DNA from: Balanoglossus misakiensis
Lineage: Eukaryota; Animalia; Hemichordata
Assembly: GCA_040954595.2 (NCBI GenBank)
Contig: CM082576.2
Location: 15,547,028 to 15,611,027 of the forward strand
Length of the DNA: 64,000 nt
Direction of reading: 5' to 3'
The position numbers were made by a program, and so were the translations under genes. Shown here piece after piece: positions 14,299-26,400 of this stretch (its first letter is position 1; each line of letters opens with the position of its first letter). The notes under the pieces are model-generated. The model searched no databases. It was not told where the DNA came from and worked only from the letters and a program-made list of their open reading frames with translations.

Positions 14299-14953
14299 CT
14301 TGACGTGACAGAGCTTGATAGAACATTGGTGTTCAGAAGTAATTCATTACTATTTGCCCACGTGATTCACAGGTCAGTCAGGGTGACGACCTCTTGTCAA
14401 CGCAGGCGCATACCACCCTACCTGGCAAATTTCAACTTTGGGGAAAATATGGCTGTCTATGTTATTATCATCCTAATGCTACAGTTGTTAAAATATCTAC
14501 CCGCGACCCACCACATATATTTTAATATGGACAAAGCATGTGACACACCGACCACTATATACATGTATACCCGCCTCCTATACTCCTTCAGTTGAAAATA
14601 CCTGTTGATTTATTCATGCAGTAACTTATGGTAGACATTTTAAAGACAATATATGTTAAAGAAAATGTGCATTTACTAATGTTTGAGTTTTTAAAAATGC
14701 GTATTTATTTCCTGGTGGAACAAAGGGTTGTTAATAAGCTCTATCTGTCATGTGTTATAAGTGGCGGTGTCACATGAGGCAATGCTTGACCTACATGTAC
14801 ATGTAGGCCTAATTGATTTCTGATGGGTCAGGAGGTCACACGTTTACCACCCCTGCGCAATACGTTGGCTTGATAGACACTAGAACTGCCGAAAGGGGTC
14901 ACTGTGTCGTTGCTGGCTTTTCCAAAATCCATTGTACTGTGCAGTACGACAAA

Positions 14954-16967
14954 ATGGCGAGCCTGGGAACATTTGACAGACAGATGGAAGCTCCCGCTTT
15001 AAGAGAAGCGCTCAGCATACACAAACACGCCTCGGAGGAATTATCCTCGGTGGAGAAATCCGCAAACAAGTCCATCGATAGTGCTAACGGCAAGCTCGCG
15101 TCACCTGCGCTGAAGGAGATCCATGAGAGGGGCACCGAAATCCTACGTGCAGAACTTCAGCGCGCGCGCGCTCTGGGGAGACTGTCGCGCCACCCTGTCC
15201 TCGTTTTCGTCGGCCAGCCAAACGCGGGAAAGAGCTCCGTGATAAACGAAATCCTCGGCGGCACCGTGCTCCCAGCCCACCAAATCCACAGCAGCAGTCG
15301 ACTCGTTAGGCTAATTTACGGTGAAAAGAACCTCGTTAGACATACGTCGGCTACAGGTGTGGTTGTAAATGAAATTCAGCTTTCGAGAAAGGCAATCCCG
15401 CGTGAAATTGTAGAGATCAGCGAAGAACGGTCCGCCGACTCGAACGATGCAAATGGTGTTGTAACTGCAGAATTGAAAAATGAATTGCTTTCAACTGGAC
15501 TGGAGGTGGTGGATTTCCCCTCTCAGGCTGACTACAGAGAACCCATAGACGAAATGCTCACAAGAAAACTTGGAGACATTGATCCAATAATTGTGTACGT
15601 TATAGACGGAAATAACCAGCTGAATTACCAGGTAAATCTGCTTGTCAGCTTAAACATTCAAGATTACTGAGTCAAATGTTTACATACCCGGAAACGTATG
15701 CGCGGTGGTTCTAAAATGTTTTCACTATTTTCATATATTCCTATTTTTGTTATAATAGGTTAGACAAGATATCAGACAACTTCGGCGCAGACAGTGGGAA
15801 ATAGTTTATGTAGTTACAAAAGTGGAAAGCACCAACCAGGTAGATGATGCAGAAGCGGCCGTAAACCAGAAAAAGAGAGGCGTCTATGACGGCCTTGTAC
15901 TGGAGGGCTTTCTGCCGTCTGGTGTAGTGATGGCCGAATGCAGTCACTTCCACGGAGTCTCAACCTGGAAAGTGAAAGAGTTCAGAAGAGGCAAGTTGAC
16001 AGGTTTCGACAGATTTGTCAACGATTTCGCCGTGTTTCGGCAGTCTCTGTGGTTCCTTGCCGCTTCCGTGGCGAAAACAGCTTTGCTGTCTGCGGGCCAA
16101 GCTATGCAGCGGGCAATGTCTACCCATATAGCGTTCCTCCGCAAAATTGTGGCAGACAGCGGTGGAATGCAACAGCGTTTGGTGGGCGTTCTCGACCGAA
16201 GTAGGACCATCGAGGCGGTTTTCAACGACGCCGAGGCAAATATGCTCAATGCTGAAGTAGGCTTACAGATAAAGTCCGGTGTCCGGCAAATCGTCAATGG
16301 TCTGTCAAACAACCCGGGGAACATATTTGAAGGTCAATTTTCTAGTCAGCAGTCTGGGAACTCTTTGAGAAGACACGGGGACGTGGAAGAGGGCGGTCTG
16401 CACGGGGAATATGGCGATGAAGAGTCTCTGAAGACGGCAATACAGAGCAGAATTAACCACGACATATCCAAACTCGCAGCTAACGTTGTTAAGAAGCAAG
16501 AGGAAATTCTTCACAAGTTTGCAGCTTCAATCCGGGAACTGAACAAGGACTGTCCCGCGCACGCCGTTGAAGATATCGGCTCATGCGCCATTATCGCCAA
16601 CGGACAGACACCGGTTACTTTTCGATCGTTGACGTGGTGGTCCAGTGTGTGTTTAAGATTTAACGAATGGTGGTTCTGGCTATCAAGCTTCGTCTATCGT
16701 AATGAGGGAGAGAGGAACAGGGAGCTAATTATGGCAAAGACATTGTTGGATGGCATTGACACCGACCACCTGTCGGAGGCCGCGTACACCGATGTCGTCA
16801 ATCGCGTACGTGAAAGCGCCTACAAATACAAAGCGTGGCAAAAGCGCCTGCAAACCACCGTACGCCAGTGGCAAACGTCACACACGGGAGACACTGCAAT
16901 TTTGCGAGACCTGGAAGCTGAAATGTCAAATTTAAAGAAGCAAGTGGGGTCTGTCGTCGAGAAATAA
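14954..16967 (+). CDS. DSTYK-like paralog 4: degenerate dynamin-type GTPase + helical region, no kinase domain (~628 aa)
   Basis: Exons 14954-15631 and 15759-16967 (phase-0 intron at the same position as in the paralogs). G1 GQPNAGKS, G2 IHSS, G3 DFPS, G4 TKVE. Strongly similar to paralog 2 (GFLPSGVVMAECSHFHGVSTWKVKEFRR vs GLLPGGVRMEDCDRFHGISNWKVKEYRR). The stop falls where the kinase N-lobe begins in paralog 2. Confidence 0.88.
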
Positions 16968-18742
16968 AAATGCTATACAGACAGACATGCATGAGATAAC
17001 TGACTGCCTGTGCACAGGTATATATAGAATATGCCTTGCCATGAGAAGTTAGCATCAGCCTGTAAAGCTCAAAGCATACGATCATAGCGGTATACAATCC
17101 GATTAAAATCAGATGTAGGGAACGGCGACGTGTTTTTTTTATGCTGTCAGAACGAGCGGTATATACTGTTACATTTAATAGTTGATTAAAACTGACTCCA
17201 TCACAGAATACAACCTAACATAGCTAGTGCATGGTTCGGGTCTAATACGTCACGGACTATTGGTCCTACGTGTTTTCCAAAGAAATTCTTCGAATTCTGT
17301 TCTGTACAATGTTGATTTCTAATTTAGGTATCATGTTCGGAAAACACTTTCAGAGGCACCAACCCATGATAAGTTCATGATTGTGTAACGTTTTCACACC
17401 AGATTAGAAAAAAATAAATGTGTTATAACTTCACTGATATTATTTATGTATGTGTCGTTGATGATTTGCACTAAACTACTCGAATAAGAACAATCCTACA
17501 CAACTGCTACTTTTCCGGATTATTTATTAATCCATTAAGACGGTTTCAAAACAAGATATTGTCAAGATTTGCCATCATACCCATCCATAAGTTTCAAAGC
17601 CCATTGGTCAAATATACAGAATTAATATGGCCAGTTGCAAAGACAGTCCCCATAAGATACAGCACACCAAAGACAATCAACAACACACACAGAACGAAGT
17701 CACCAAGTCCGTGAAAGACATACATATGGACTTCCGGCAAAAAAAAAGAACATAATGATGTCAGGTGTTTCGAAAATAGTAAGCTGATCATGCCCCCGCA
17801 ATATATCCATCAATGAAAGACTTTCAAAAAAAATTAACAGCTTTTAATTAGAAAAAAAATTGGTTAAAGGGGGAATTCTAAATTCCTGGTGTTTACATTA
17901 GTACTTCTTGACTTTGAATGTTTATGTGTGGTGCAAAGCCCTTGTTTTCCTTTGAAATCTGTATCAAGTGAATCCATCTCTTTAAGGTGAAGCAAATAAA
18001 GAAAGTGCGCTGCGAAGAAATCCATATAGATATTTCGGAGGTCTTGGTTTAAAATCTCCGAAGAAAATGACCTCATAGCTTCTTTAGCTGATTTAATTTT
18101 TAAACAAGCCAACGTGTGAACACTTCCGTATAAGGTCAAGCCAGGGAAGAATCAAGTTCAGGTATGTATAGGTACAAAACATTTACTGAATATGTAAATG
18201 GTAACAACATCAAGAAAATCAGCTATGGCATGATTAAAATGTATACAATCACTCATGATTTACGTATGCCCATATATGGTTAAAAGGGCGTGTCTAAGTC
18301 CTAGAATAATCGCAGACCAAACTTTTGTTACTAATCAACATGCGTGACTGACGAGGGTTGGTTAGTCTGTTATCTGACCGCAAATATTTACATTTTATTG
18401 CACACGCGGAAGAGGGAGGGGTGAAATACTTCAACTTTAATACAATACATCATTTTGGCATTCTGTTTATAGCTTAACAATCGGCACTTGACACGGCCTG
18501 GTACATGAAATGTACAATTAACTATGTTCGCCAGCTAGTTGTAAATTGTCATCAAACACTACAATGGCTATTCATTCTGCTTTAAAAGTCAGCAGACATC
18601 ATTAGAGTCTGGCAGGCTACTAATTCAAATTAAAAAAAACATCATTGCTCGTGAGGCGTGTTCATCCAGGCCACGACCCCCACCCCCACCCCATGTACCA
18701 GACCGACCTATAGCCAGGGGAAGTACTAGTGTATATAGCTAT

Positions 18743-21700
18743 TCAGCAAGCTGCCAAACCGTCTCTTATTTCCTCGACAGAGATTTGAATGTGATCAGCT
18801 GTGCTCCGTTCGATGAGTGACCACACGCCCTCGTCCATGTCACGTGGTCGATCGCCAAGACCTCGTTTCAGCTCATCTTCGGTCAGCTGGGGACAGTGTA
18901 ACCACAGCAACAATTCACCGATTTGTCGGATGTCCAGGTTTGCTGCATGTCCGTGGAGGATTTCATATTTGCCTTTACAGGTGTTGATTTTGGCGGTTTT
19001 ATCTGCCATGACCTGTGAGACGAAGATACTGATGGTTAGCCAAATAGACATTGGTGCATACTTTGTTTCCTTAAACGTACATGCTATAGCCCACGCAGGT
19101 TTTCATGGGAGGACTAATAGCCTAGACATACACTAACAACAAGCATTTCGGCAAAATCCCTCAAAGGAAGGTTCAATGAACTTAGATATATCAAAACAAA
19201 AGAAGCATTGATTTCGACTTACCAAAATATTCTTGGCTTTCAAATTATTGTAAATAAAACCGCTCGAGTGAATAGCTTCGATTCCTTTCACCACATCAAG
19301 TGCCACTTTTAGTCGTTCCCTTGGAGACAGCGTCACGTGATCCAGACTGTCTTCTGCTCGCTCCATCGCAACGTCTACTTCTCCTGGCGAAGGGAATGTC
19401 CATCCATATATTCTTATCAGATGCTCACTGGGAACACAATTTCTGCGAAGTAATAAAAAGGGTATCTGTTTGTACATACGTACGTGCATGTGGCATTTTG
19501 GGTAAAGTTCTTCAAAATAGAAACTGGGGATTATTACCCTGAGAGCTTCTTCAATGAATAAGAATATACACTCAGTCGCATGGCAATCACTCATTTTCTG
19601 TTGTGTGTCTGTACTGACCAATTTAGATCAAATACTTACAAGGCATAATGTAAGCTACAGAGATTCTGTTTCCAGTTTTCGCCGACTTCTTCGTTGACAC
19701 GAATAACGTACTCTGTGGGCAGTTTCCAGTTTCCTCTGGCGGCGTGGATACGACTGCTTCTACCACGCTTGAGTTCGACACCTTTCTTCAGCACACCTCT
19801 GGTGACTTCAAAGTTGAGGCCGTGGTTCCGGACTTCCACTTGGCTCAATTCTGAAATCAACAAGGACGCCGTCGCGCCGAAGTGTTCATCCTTCTGCACC
19901 GTCACTTCGCCGCCAAATGCCTGCATGTCTTCGATTGTACTGACAAAAATCGCATGTTTCTCGTGCAGGTTTTCCTTGCAGCTGTCGATTATTGCGTCAG
20001 TTAGATCCCAGACATCGAGTTTCGATTTCAGCGTGTTTGATATTTCATTGACTGTAGAACGTGTTGGACTTCTGTGTGACTGTCCGAACATGTCGAGAGC
20101 AATGACTGCCATGGTTGCAGATGAAAAGGTCTCGTTCAACGCCTTTGCAGCGGCGACCTGCACCGCACCCAGCAACGAATAGACGAGCTCTGACAAGGAG
20201 GCACTGGTCAATTCGGTGTAGTCGCACTCGAAGCCGACTAACTGATACACGGTCTGAAGATTTCTTTTCAGCGTCGGGTTACTCAACACTTCCATGGTTT
20301 TCCGGATGAGGTGCCATGCGGAGGTGGTAATGTCTCTCTCCAAAAGTTCTCCGAACTCTCTCTCGATTCGACTGCATATAGCATTTACGACCGTGTTGCG
20401 CACTTCACGGCACAAAGTGTGCACTTTCAGAAACTCGCCACCACTGAGAATTGACGTTCCCTCGAACAGTCTTTGGACGTCTGGATCCCGGAGAAGCAGG
20501 TCATACGCAGGCACTTTTGCCATTGGTTGCGAGAGTACTATATCTGGCGCGTGTTCCACAGCGAATTGAACGGCACGGTCGATTGTCGACTTGAGATCCG
20601 AGCGTTTGTCCTCCACTTCAGCGAGCATTTTGCTGTAAAGTGCACCCTCTTGCGTTCTTGCCTCCGCAATGATCGCTTCCATTTCGACCGCCTCGTGTTC
20701 GATCTCCGAGCGCTTGACCGTGAACGCGCCGGAGCACCGGCTGTGGAATCTGGTGAGACTGCCCACCACTTCCGCCAAGGCGCTCCGAAAATGTTTGTTT
20801 AAAAGGGAAGCGAGACTGCGTTTGAATTCCTGAAAGTTGTGCACCCACAATTTGTTCACGATGTCCACGCTGCTTTTGCGGCGTCTTCGTATTTCTTTGA
20901 CCGACAGTGCGTGGAAGTGTTTCGAGGACTGCTCATCCAGGATGGTGTGTTGAAAAAGTGCCTCGCGGACACGAGCGCCTTTGTCAATCGACGGCGGCGA
21001 CGACGACTGAGGCTGTCCGGGATCTTCGTCGTCGTCCTCCTCCTCATCACTCGGTGTGTCCATATCATCCGCCTTTTGATCGACGTCTGCCTTGCTGCAC
21101 ACGTACAGGATCGTTGTTCTTGGACACCTCTCCCTGAAGAACTGAATACTTGCACGATCCTGTTGATAGACATACATGGCACTGACAATGTCCGAGTTTA
21201 GAAGGAGGCCTGACAGTAGTTTAAACGACTGAATCGTGATTCAGATTGAAGTGGTTCAAGTATGCAAAAAATCAGAATGTTTAAAATTACTTGTACTAAT
21301 TTATGAAACACCTGCATATTTGCATAGTTTTAGACATTTTTTTCACATTTCATCAATATCCAATTATATCCAAAGAATGTTTTTCATTGCTCTAAACTTA
21401 CCGCTGGTCGTAGGAACATGTTTCCGTCGATGACGTATATGAGCACAGGAACCGTCATCTCAGTCAGTTTATTCACAACCGTGTCCAGTGCTGGGTTTTC
21501 ATTTCGTCCGGGTGAATCTAAGAACTCAACACCGCTCTCCAAGAGTATGTGATCTAACCCGACTTCAACGGTTTGGCTGACAAGCGACTCTTCATAGCGT
21601 TGTTCCCCCTGCAACACGGCCAGCTCCCGCAGGGCGGCACTGTGGCCATCGTTCGATCCTGTCAGTCTTCTGTGTGACCCGGCCTTCAATTTCCCGTCTT

Positions 21701-22040
21701 GTCCCAGCAACCTGGTGTACGGTTCTCGAGAGTATTTCACTCGAACGATTCGCGACGTGCACGCCGTATCTTCAACCGGCACTACGTCGGCTTGCAGCAG
21801 TTCGTTGATCAGGGAGCTCTTGCCGCTGTTTCTCTCGCCGATAACCGGTATGACTAATGTCTGGTTCAACCTGTCTCGTATCGCCCGGTCTTCCGAGTCG
21901 GTGATGAGTCGAGTGGAGGCCGACAACCCCAGCCTGTCTTTGATCTCGTCTTCCAAGGTGTGCGTTTCGTCCACCAGGCTGAAAATTCGCTGCACGCGAT
22001 CTTTGTGGAGTCTACAGACAGCTTCTAGTTCGTCCGCCAT
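18743..22040 (-). CDS. DSTYK-like paralog 5: intact dynamin-type GTPase + helical region + truncated pseudokinase (~882 aa)
   Basis: Exons 22040-21402, 21159-19640, 19442-19223, 19012-18743 (GT-AG, phases 0, 2, 0). G1 GERNSGKS, G2 TACT, G3 DSPG and G4 SKAD are intact. Kinase: beta3 VIR, HRD replaced by YNN, DFG by NTC, activation segment/APE absent. Confidence 0.88.
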
Positions 22041-23426
22041 ATCGGAAGGTAAACACAATGCACTGACTGACTGGGTCGTCGCCAGTCAGACAAATGGCGT
22101 CGACGTGACGCGTTTTAGGAACAGTAACTTGAGTAAGCTTATTACACGGGTAACCTGAAAGCCTTGGAGTATAACACAAACACCATATCACGACTTGGGG
22201 TAACAACAAGTTACCACCCCCTCACTGTCACAGGTTGTGAAATCCTTGTGGCAGGCCACATGCGCCGCACCATTAAATGTTGAGTCAAACTCTCATGGCC
22301 ATGGTGCATCACACAAGCTGGTTAAAGGTTGGCAAACGCTCAATTCAATAGCCTGGTCACTTGCCCCATAACCACCGCTGGCTGCGCTACGCTAGCGATT
22401 TCCAGCCGAACAACGATGGACTCCATTGCATTGTGCTTCGGCGGAACTCGATGTATGTATGTTTGATAAATGCATGGAGAGAATGCATGTTCAATTCAAT
22501 TCAATTCAATTTAGTCGCTGCAGGCGTATACCAGGTAGAGTCACGTGGTCCACTGTTATTGCATAGCTAGAGTTTGCAAAATCACCGATGAAGGCGCTAT
22601 TTCGACGGGTATGTCAACATATACAATGGACATAATAAAACCAGTCGACACTTGAAGTTGGTCTAACACCAGTAAATAGGAATCTTTAATGAATGGTGGT
22701 TTCCAATAGACCATTTTCCGAACTCCACGAGATCTCGTGTGGCTAGGGAAGTTTATATGGGAGGACATTCTCGTGTGACACAGGACAAACAACGCGTGGT
22801 CAATTGTGTTCAACGGCACAAAAATGACATTTCTGTTCAACTCTGCAGCGATTCAAGTTTCATTTGAATAGGTTGGCCACCGGCCTTGGTAGTAAATTAC
22901 ATCTCCTGAACATTAACTTGGCTATATTGTCACAATGTAGTTCTGACAATTATGGTCAAAACATTAACAGGTATAAAGTGCCTCAGCTACAGTGCCGTAT
23001 TGTAGCCCAGTTGGAAACAAAATCACAAAACGTCACAAGTCACATCTCACTAGCCACATATCCACTCCCTTACTAAGATGCCGAACTGTCGACAACACAC
23101 CTTCTATTCTTTTAATATAAAATGTATATTATCCTTTGTGGCTGTAAAAACAGTCTCAGTAATATACTTTGGCAGGTACCCTGTAAGAAATTGGCCACAA
23201 GTAAGCTATGTCTAAATATTATACAGGGACATAAACTGGCGTGCTTGATATAATTTGACTTACATGTAAATTTGACATGATATTGAATTTTAGAATTTAC
23301 ACGAAAAGGGTTCAGATAGATCTGTCTACATATTAGAACATTTTAATTGCTCTTGTTAATTTTATCTGTCGCATGAGTGTGACGTAGACTATATATTTAC
23401 TATTCGGGATGTGGCGCCACAGAGAA

Positions 23427-26400
23427 TCACTTCTTGTTGTCCCTGTTCATTTTCGCCATCCAGAATTGTACGATGAAGAAGTCGATGATTTCCACGAATG
23501 TGACAATACTGGCGCCGAAGAACAGACCCAGGGAGCCTCCTATGTCGCCTGTAAAATGAGGTAAAATGAATGACGTCAATTGACTCACATTTACATGTAC
23601 ATACACGATGCAAGTAGCTCTATTCACTGTACATTGGCATTCGCGCCAAACTATATGTACACGGATACAGGTCGTCCATGGTAAATGGGTATGTTTAAGT
23701 CACGTGGCCGCTGAAATCTGCGATTGGGTGTCCAGATATCAACTTTCCATGATGATTATTTTAGGTAAATTTGCATAGAAGACCGTGTACCTTTAATTAC
23801 CATCCCCAGCTATTTTTCACTCTTCATAAATGCACAGTGTTCTTTGCTAAGAAATTGAGTACTGCAAAGTTCTATGTACTGCGTATCACATTCGCCGGAG
23901 AAAATATCACAGCAACATCTTTACTATGTTGAATATTTGTTTTTGAAAAGCTAGAAGTATGCAGAGGTCGACATAACCGAAGAGGACTACGAATCCTTCG
24001 AGGTACAAAAAATTGCAGAATATTTTTTTCTTCGTTGCAACTCAAATCATGACACGCGTCCCGACCTTTATCATGCACTGACTGTAACAAGACGAAACAT
24101 GTAAACATATACTTACAAATCAGGTTAAATGAATGATAGCCCGGTTGCTGTATGACACTGTTCACCTTCAGGTCTTCAAAATAAACAGTGACCTGTGCCA
24201 AGTTTCTCCTGCAAAGAAACCAAGAAAATCTGTCCTGAGGCGCATACTATTTAAAGGCAATAGATCGTCTCACGCGCATGCGCGTAACGTCCCAGCAATT
24301 TTTCCGTTCGATGCATTCAAATAGTGGACTGCCTTCGCTTCCTTCCATATGCGCACCGTATAAGTAGATTTCGGTTTTGTCCCTCCTTTTCACCCAAGCT
24401 GGTGTCTTTTCCCGATCTCCGACACAGATTATGGTCGCCGCCATCTTGTATGTTGTTAGGACAGAGCACTGCCTTATGGGATTGATTGCTCACTAAACGT
24501 CTGTAACCAGCAGCTACAGCTGGAACATGCCTGTGAGACGAGCTAGGCGCTTTAAATAGGACAATACCTTTAGCTTTAAAAAATAACAAATAATGTAGGA
24601 AAAGGACTTTTGATGACTAGCGGATATACATTGTAATCATTTGACATAACTTACACCAAATGAATAAAAAAGGTGAAAAGGTTAATTACTTCATGTAGCT
24701 TTGGCACAACGCATTTATCCCTTCCTTCTTGATTTCGACAATTAAATTGTCTCGCATTTCTCTGATCTCAGCATATATGTAGGGAAAGGTTTCTTCAAAC
24801 AGCGTCGTGTAATAGTCTTCAACCAAGGTGTTCGCTAAATCTTCGATCACGTCAGATGTAAGACTGGTATTTGAAAGCATGTTCCGAATTTCGCCATTGA
24901 TCCTAAGCCAGGGCTGTACCGACACATTCATGTACTTTTCAAGCATGAGTTCTTTGGTTTTGTTGTAGAACTCAGAGTTTTCACCGTCGGTCTCGTTCAA
25001 GGTGATGACCGCCAGAGTGTGTAGGGAAAGTTCCACCAAAGTGTCCGTAAATACGTCTGCGTACAGATATGTCCCCAGTAGCTGAATCGCGGCGCCATGG
25101 AATTCCCCGGAAGGTATAAAAGTGGTTATGTTCTGACCATTTGCCTCGAGGGTAAAGTATTTCTCCGTGGCAAATTGCATTATGTCAGCAACCACGAGCG
25201 GTACCTCCCCTACAACACGTCCGCTGAGAAAAAAACAAAAATCCCGTGGCTATTTGAACGGAACTACAAGGGTTTGAGGTCACATGGGGTCATGAATGTG
25301 GCCTTTATGGCAGGTATAAAAATCCGTCATGCAGAAATATACAGAATGTAGAAAAGAAGAGCGACCCCCAACTGAATGTTACCTTTTCAATTTATGGTAA
25401 ACAGTTGTAGTCGAAGAAGTAGGTCTTGTTGTTGTTGTTGTTGTCGTTGTCGTTGTTGTTTGGTGGTGGTGGTGGTTGTTGTTGTTGTTGTTGTTCTATA
25501 AGCTATTACGGCAACACCAACAGCTATGTGAAATCGCTTTTGTCTTATGGCTGAAACGGAAACTGTACAGACGACCACAGAAGTGAAAAGTAAACTCATC
25601 TATCTAATCGTAATTAACGACACCAAAACACTTACTCAATAAAAAAGTAGAGCGCTTCATCACACGGCCATCTCGTTGTGTAAGCCAAGAGAGTGGCATA
25701 TACCATTGACGGGTAGCTCCCGTACGACAACTTGGTGTTATACGTTGTCTGTTTGCATGGTTCTTCACAATGTTCACAGGGGTTGACCAGCAATGCAAAG
25801 TCGTCTGTTGGGTGAAAAAAGAGATTTGATGTCGTTGAAGTGATATAGTTTATTGTTTTAATATAAGGTTATTCACAAAATACCGGGATTTATGTCCGAG
25901 TACATCGTGCAGCGCAGGTATTGTCCGAGACGCGCAGCGTCGAGGACAATACCGAAGCGTACGATGTACGAGGACATAAATCCCGGTATTTTGTGAATAA
26001 CCTTATTATTATACACCTTTTCCGGACGTCCTTGATGAACGATAAAGAATAAATAGGCCGCTATCGGACTTTCTAGTTTTCAGACGCCGCCATGACGTAA
26101 TTTGCATATCGAACGCGCCTTCACCTCGCGCATCAGGCGATGCTAGTGTCGAGCTGCCGATGTCTCGCGCGCGACGTTCTACGCTGCAGCGATGAACGTG
26201 CTCGCCTGTTCGTTCACACATTCCTTCGACTGAAATTTCATCGAGGATTTTGACTTATTTCGCATCTTGGGCCACCAATAATTTTGTTTAATAACGACTG
26301 TGTACTTTTTATATAATTTTTTGTGAGAGTAGGGTGCAATATCATCATTGTTTACATCAGACAGCTGTCAGGTCAAAGGTCAAATATGCGTGCAATAACC

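Noticed and set aside
13993-14595. 200-aa plus-strand ORF and other antisense ORFs over the GTPase-kinase exons
   Set aside because: These are shadow frames of well-supported opposite-strand coding exons with no recognisable motifs.
16968-18742. Possible missing kinase exons for paralog 4
   Set aside because: The ORF ends at TAA with no suitable donor at the conserved position, and I saw no kinase-like peptide in the interval before paralog 5.
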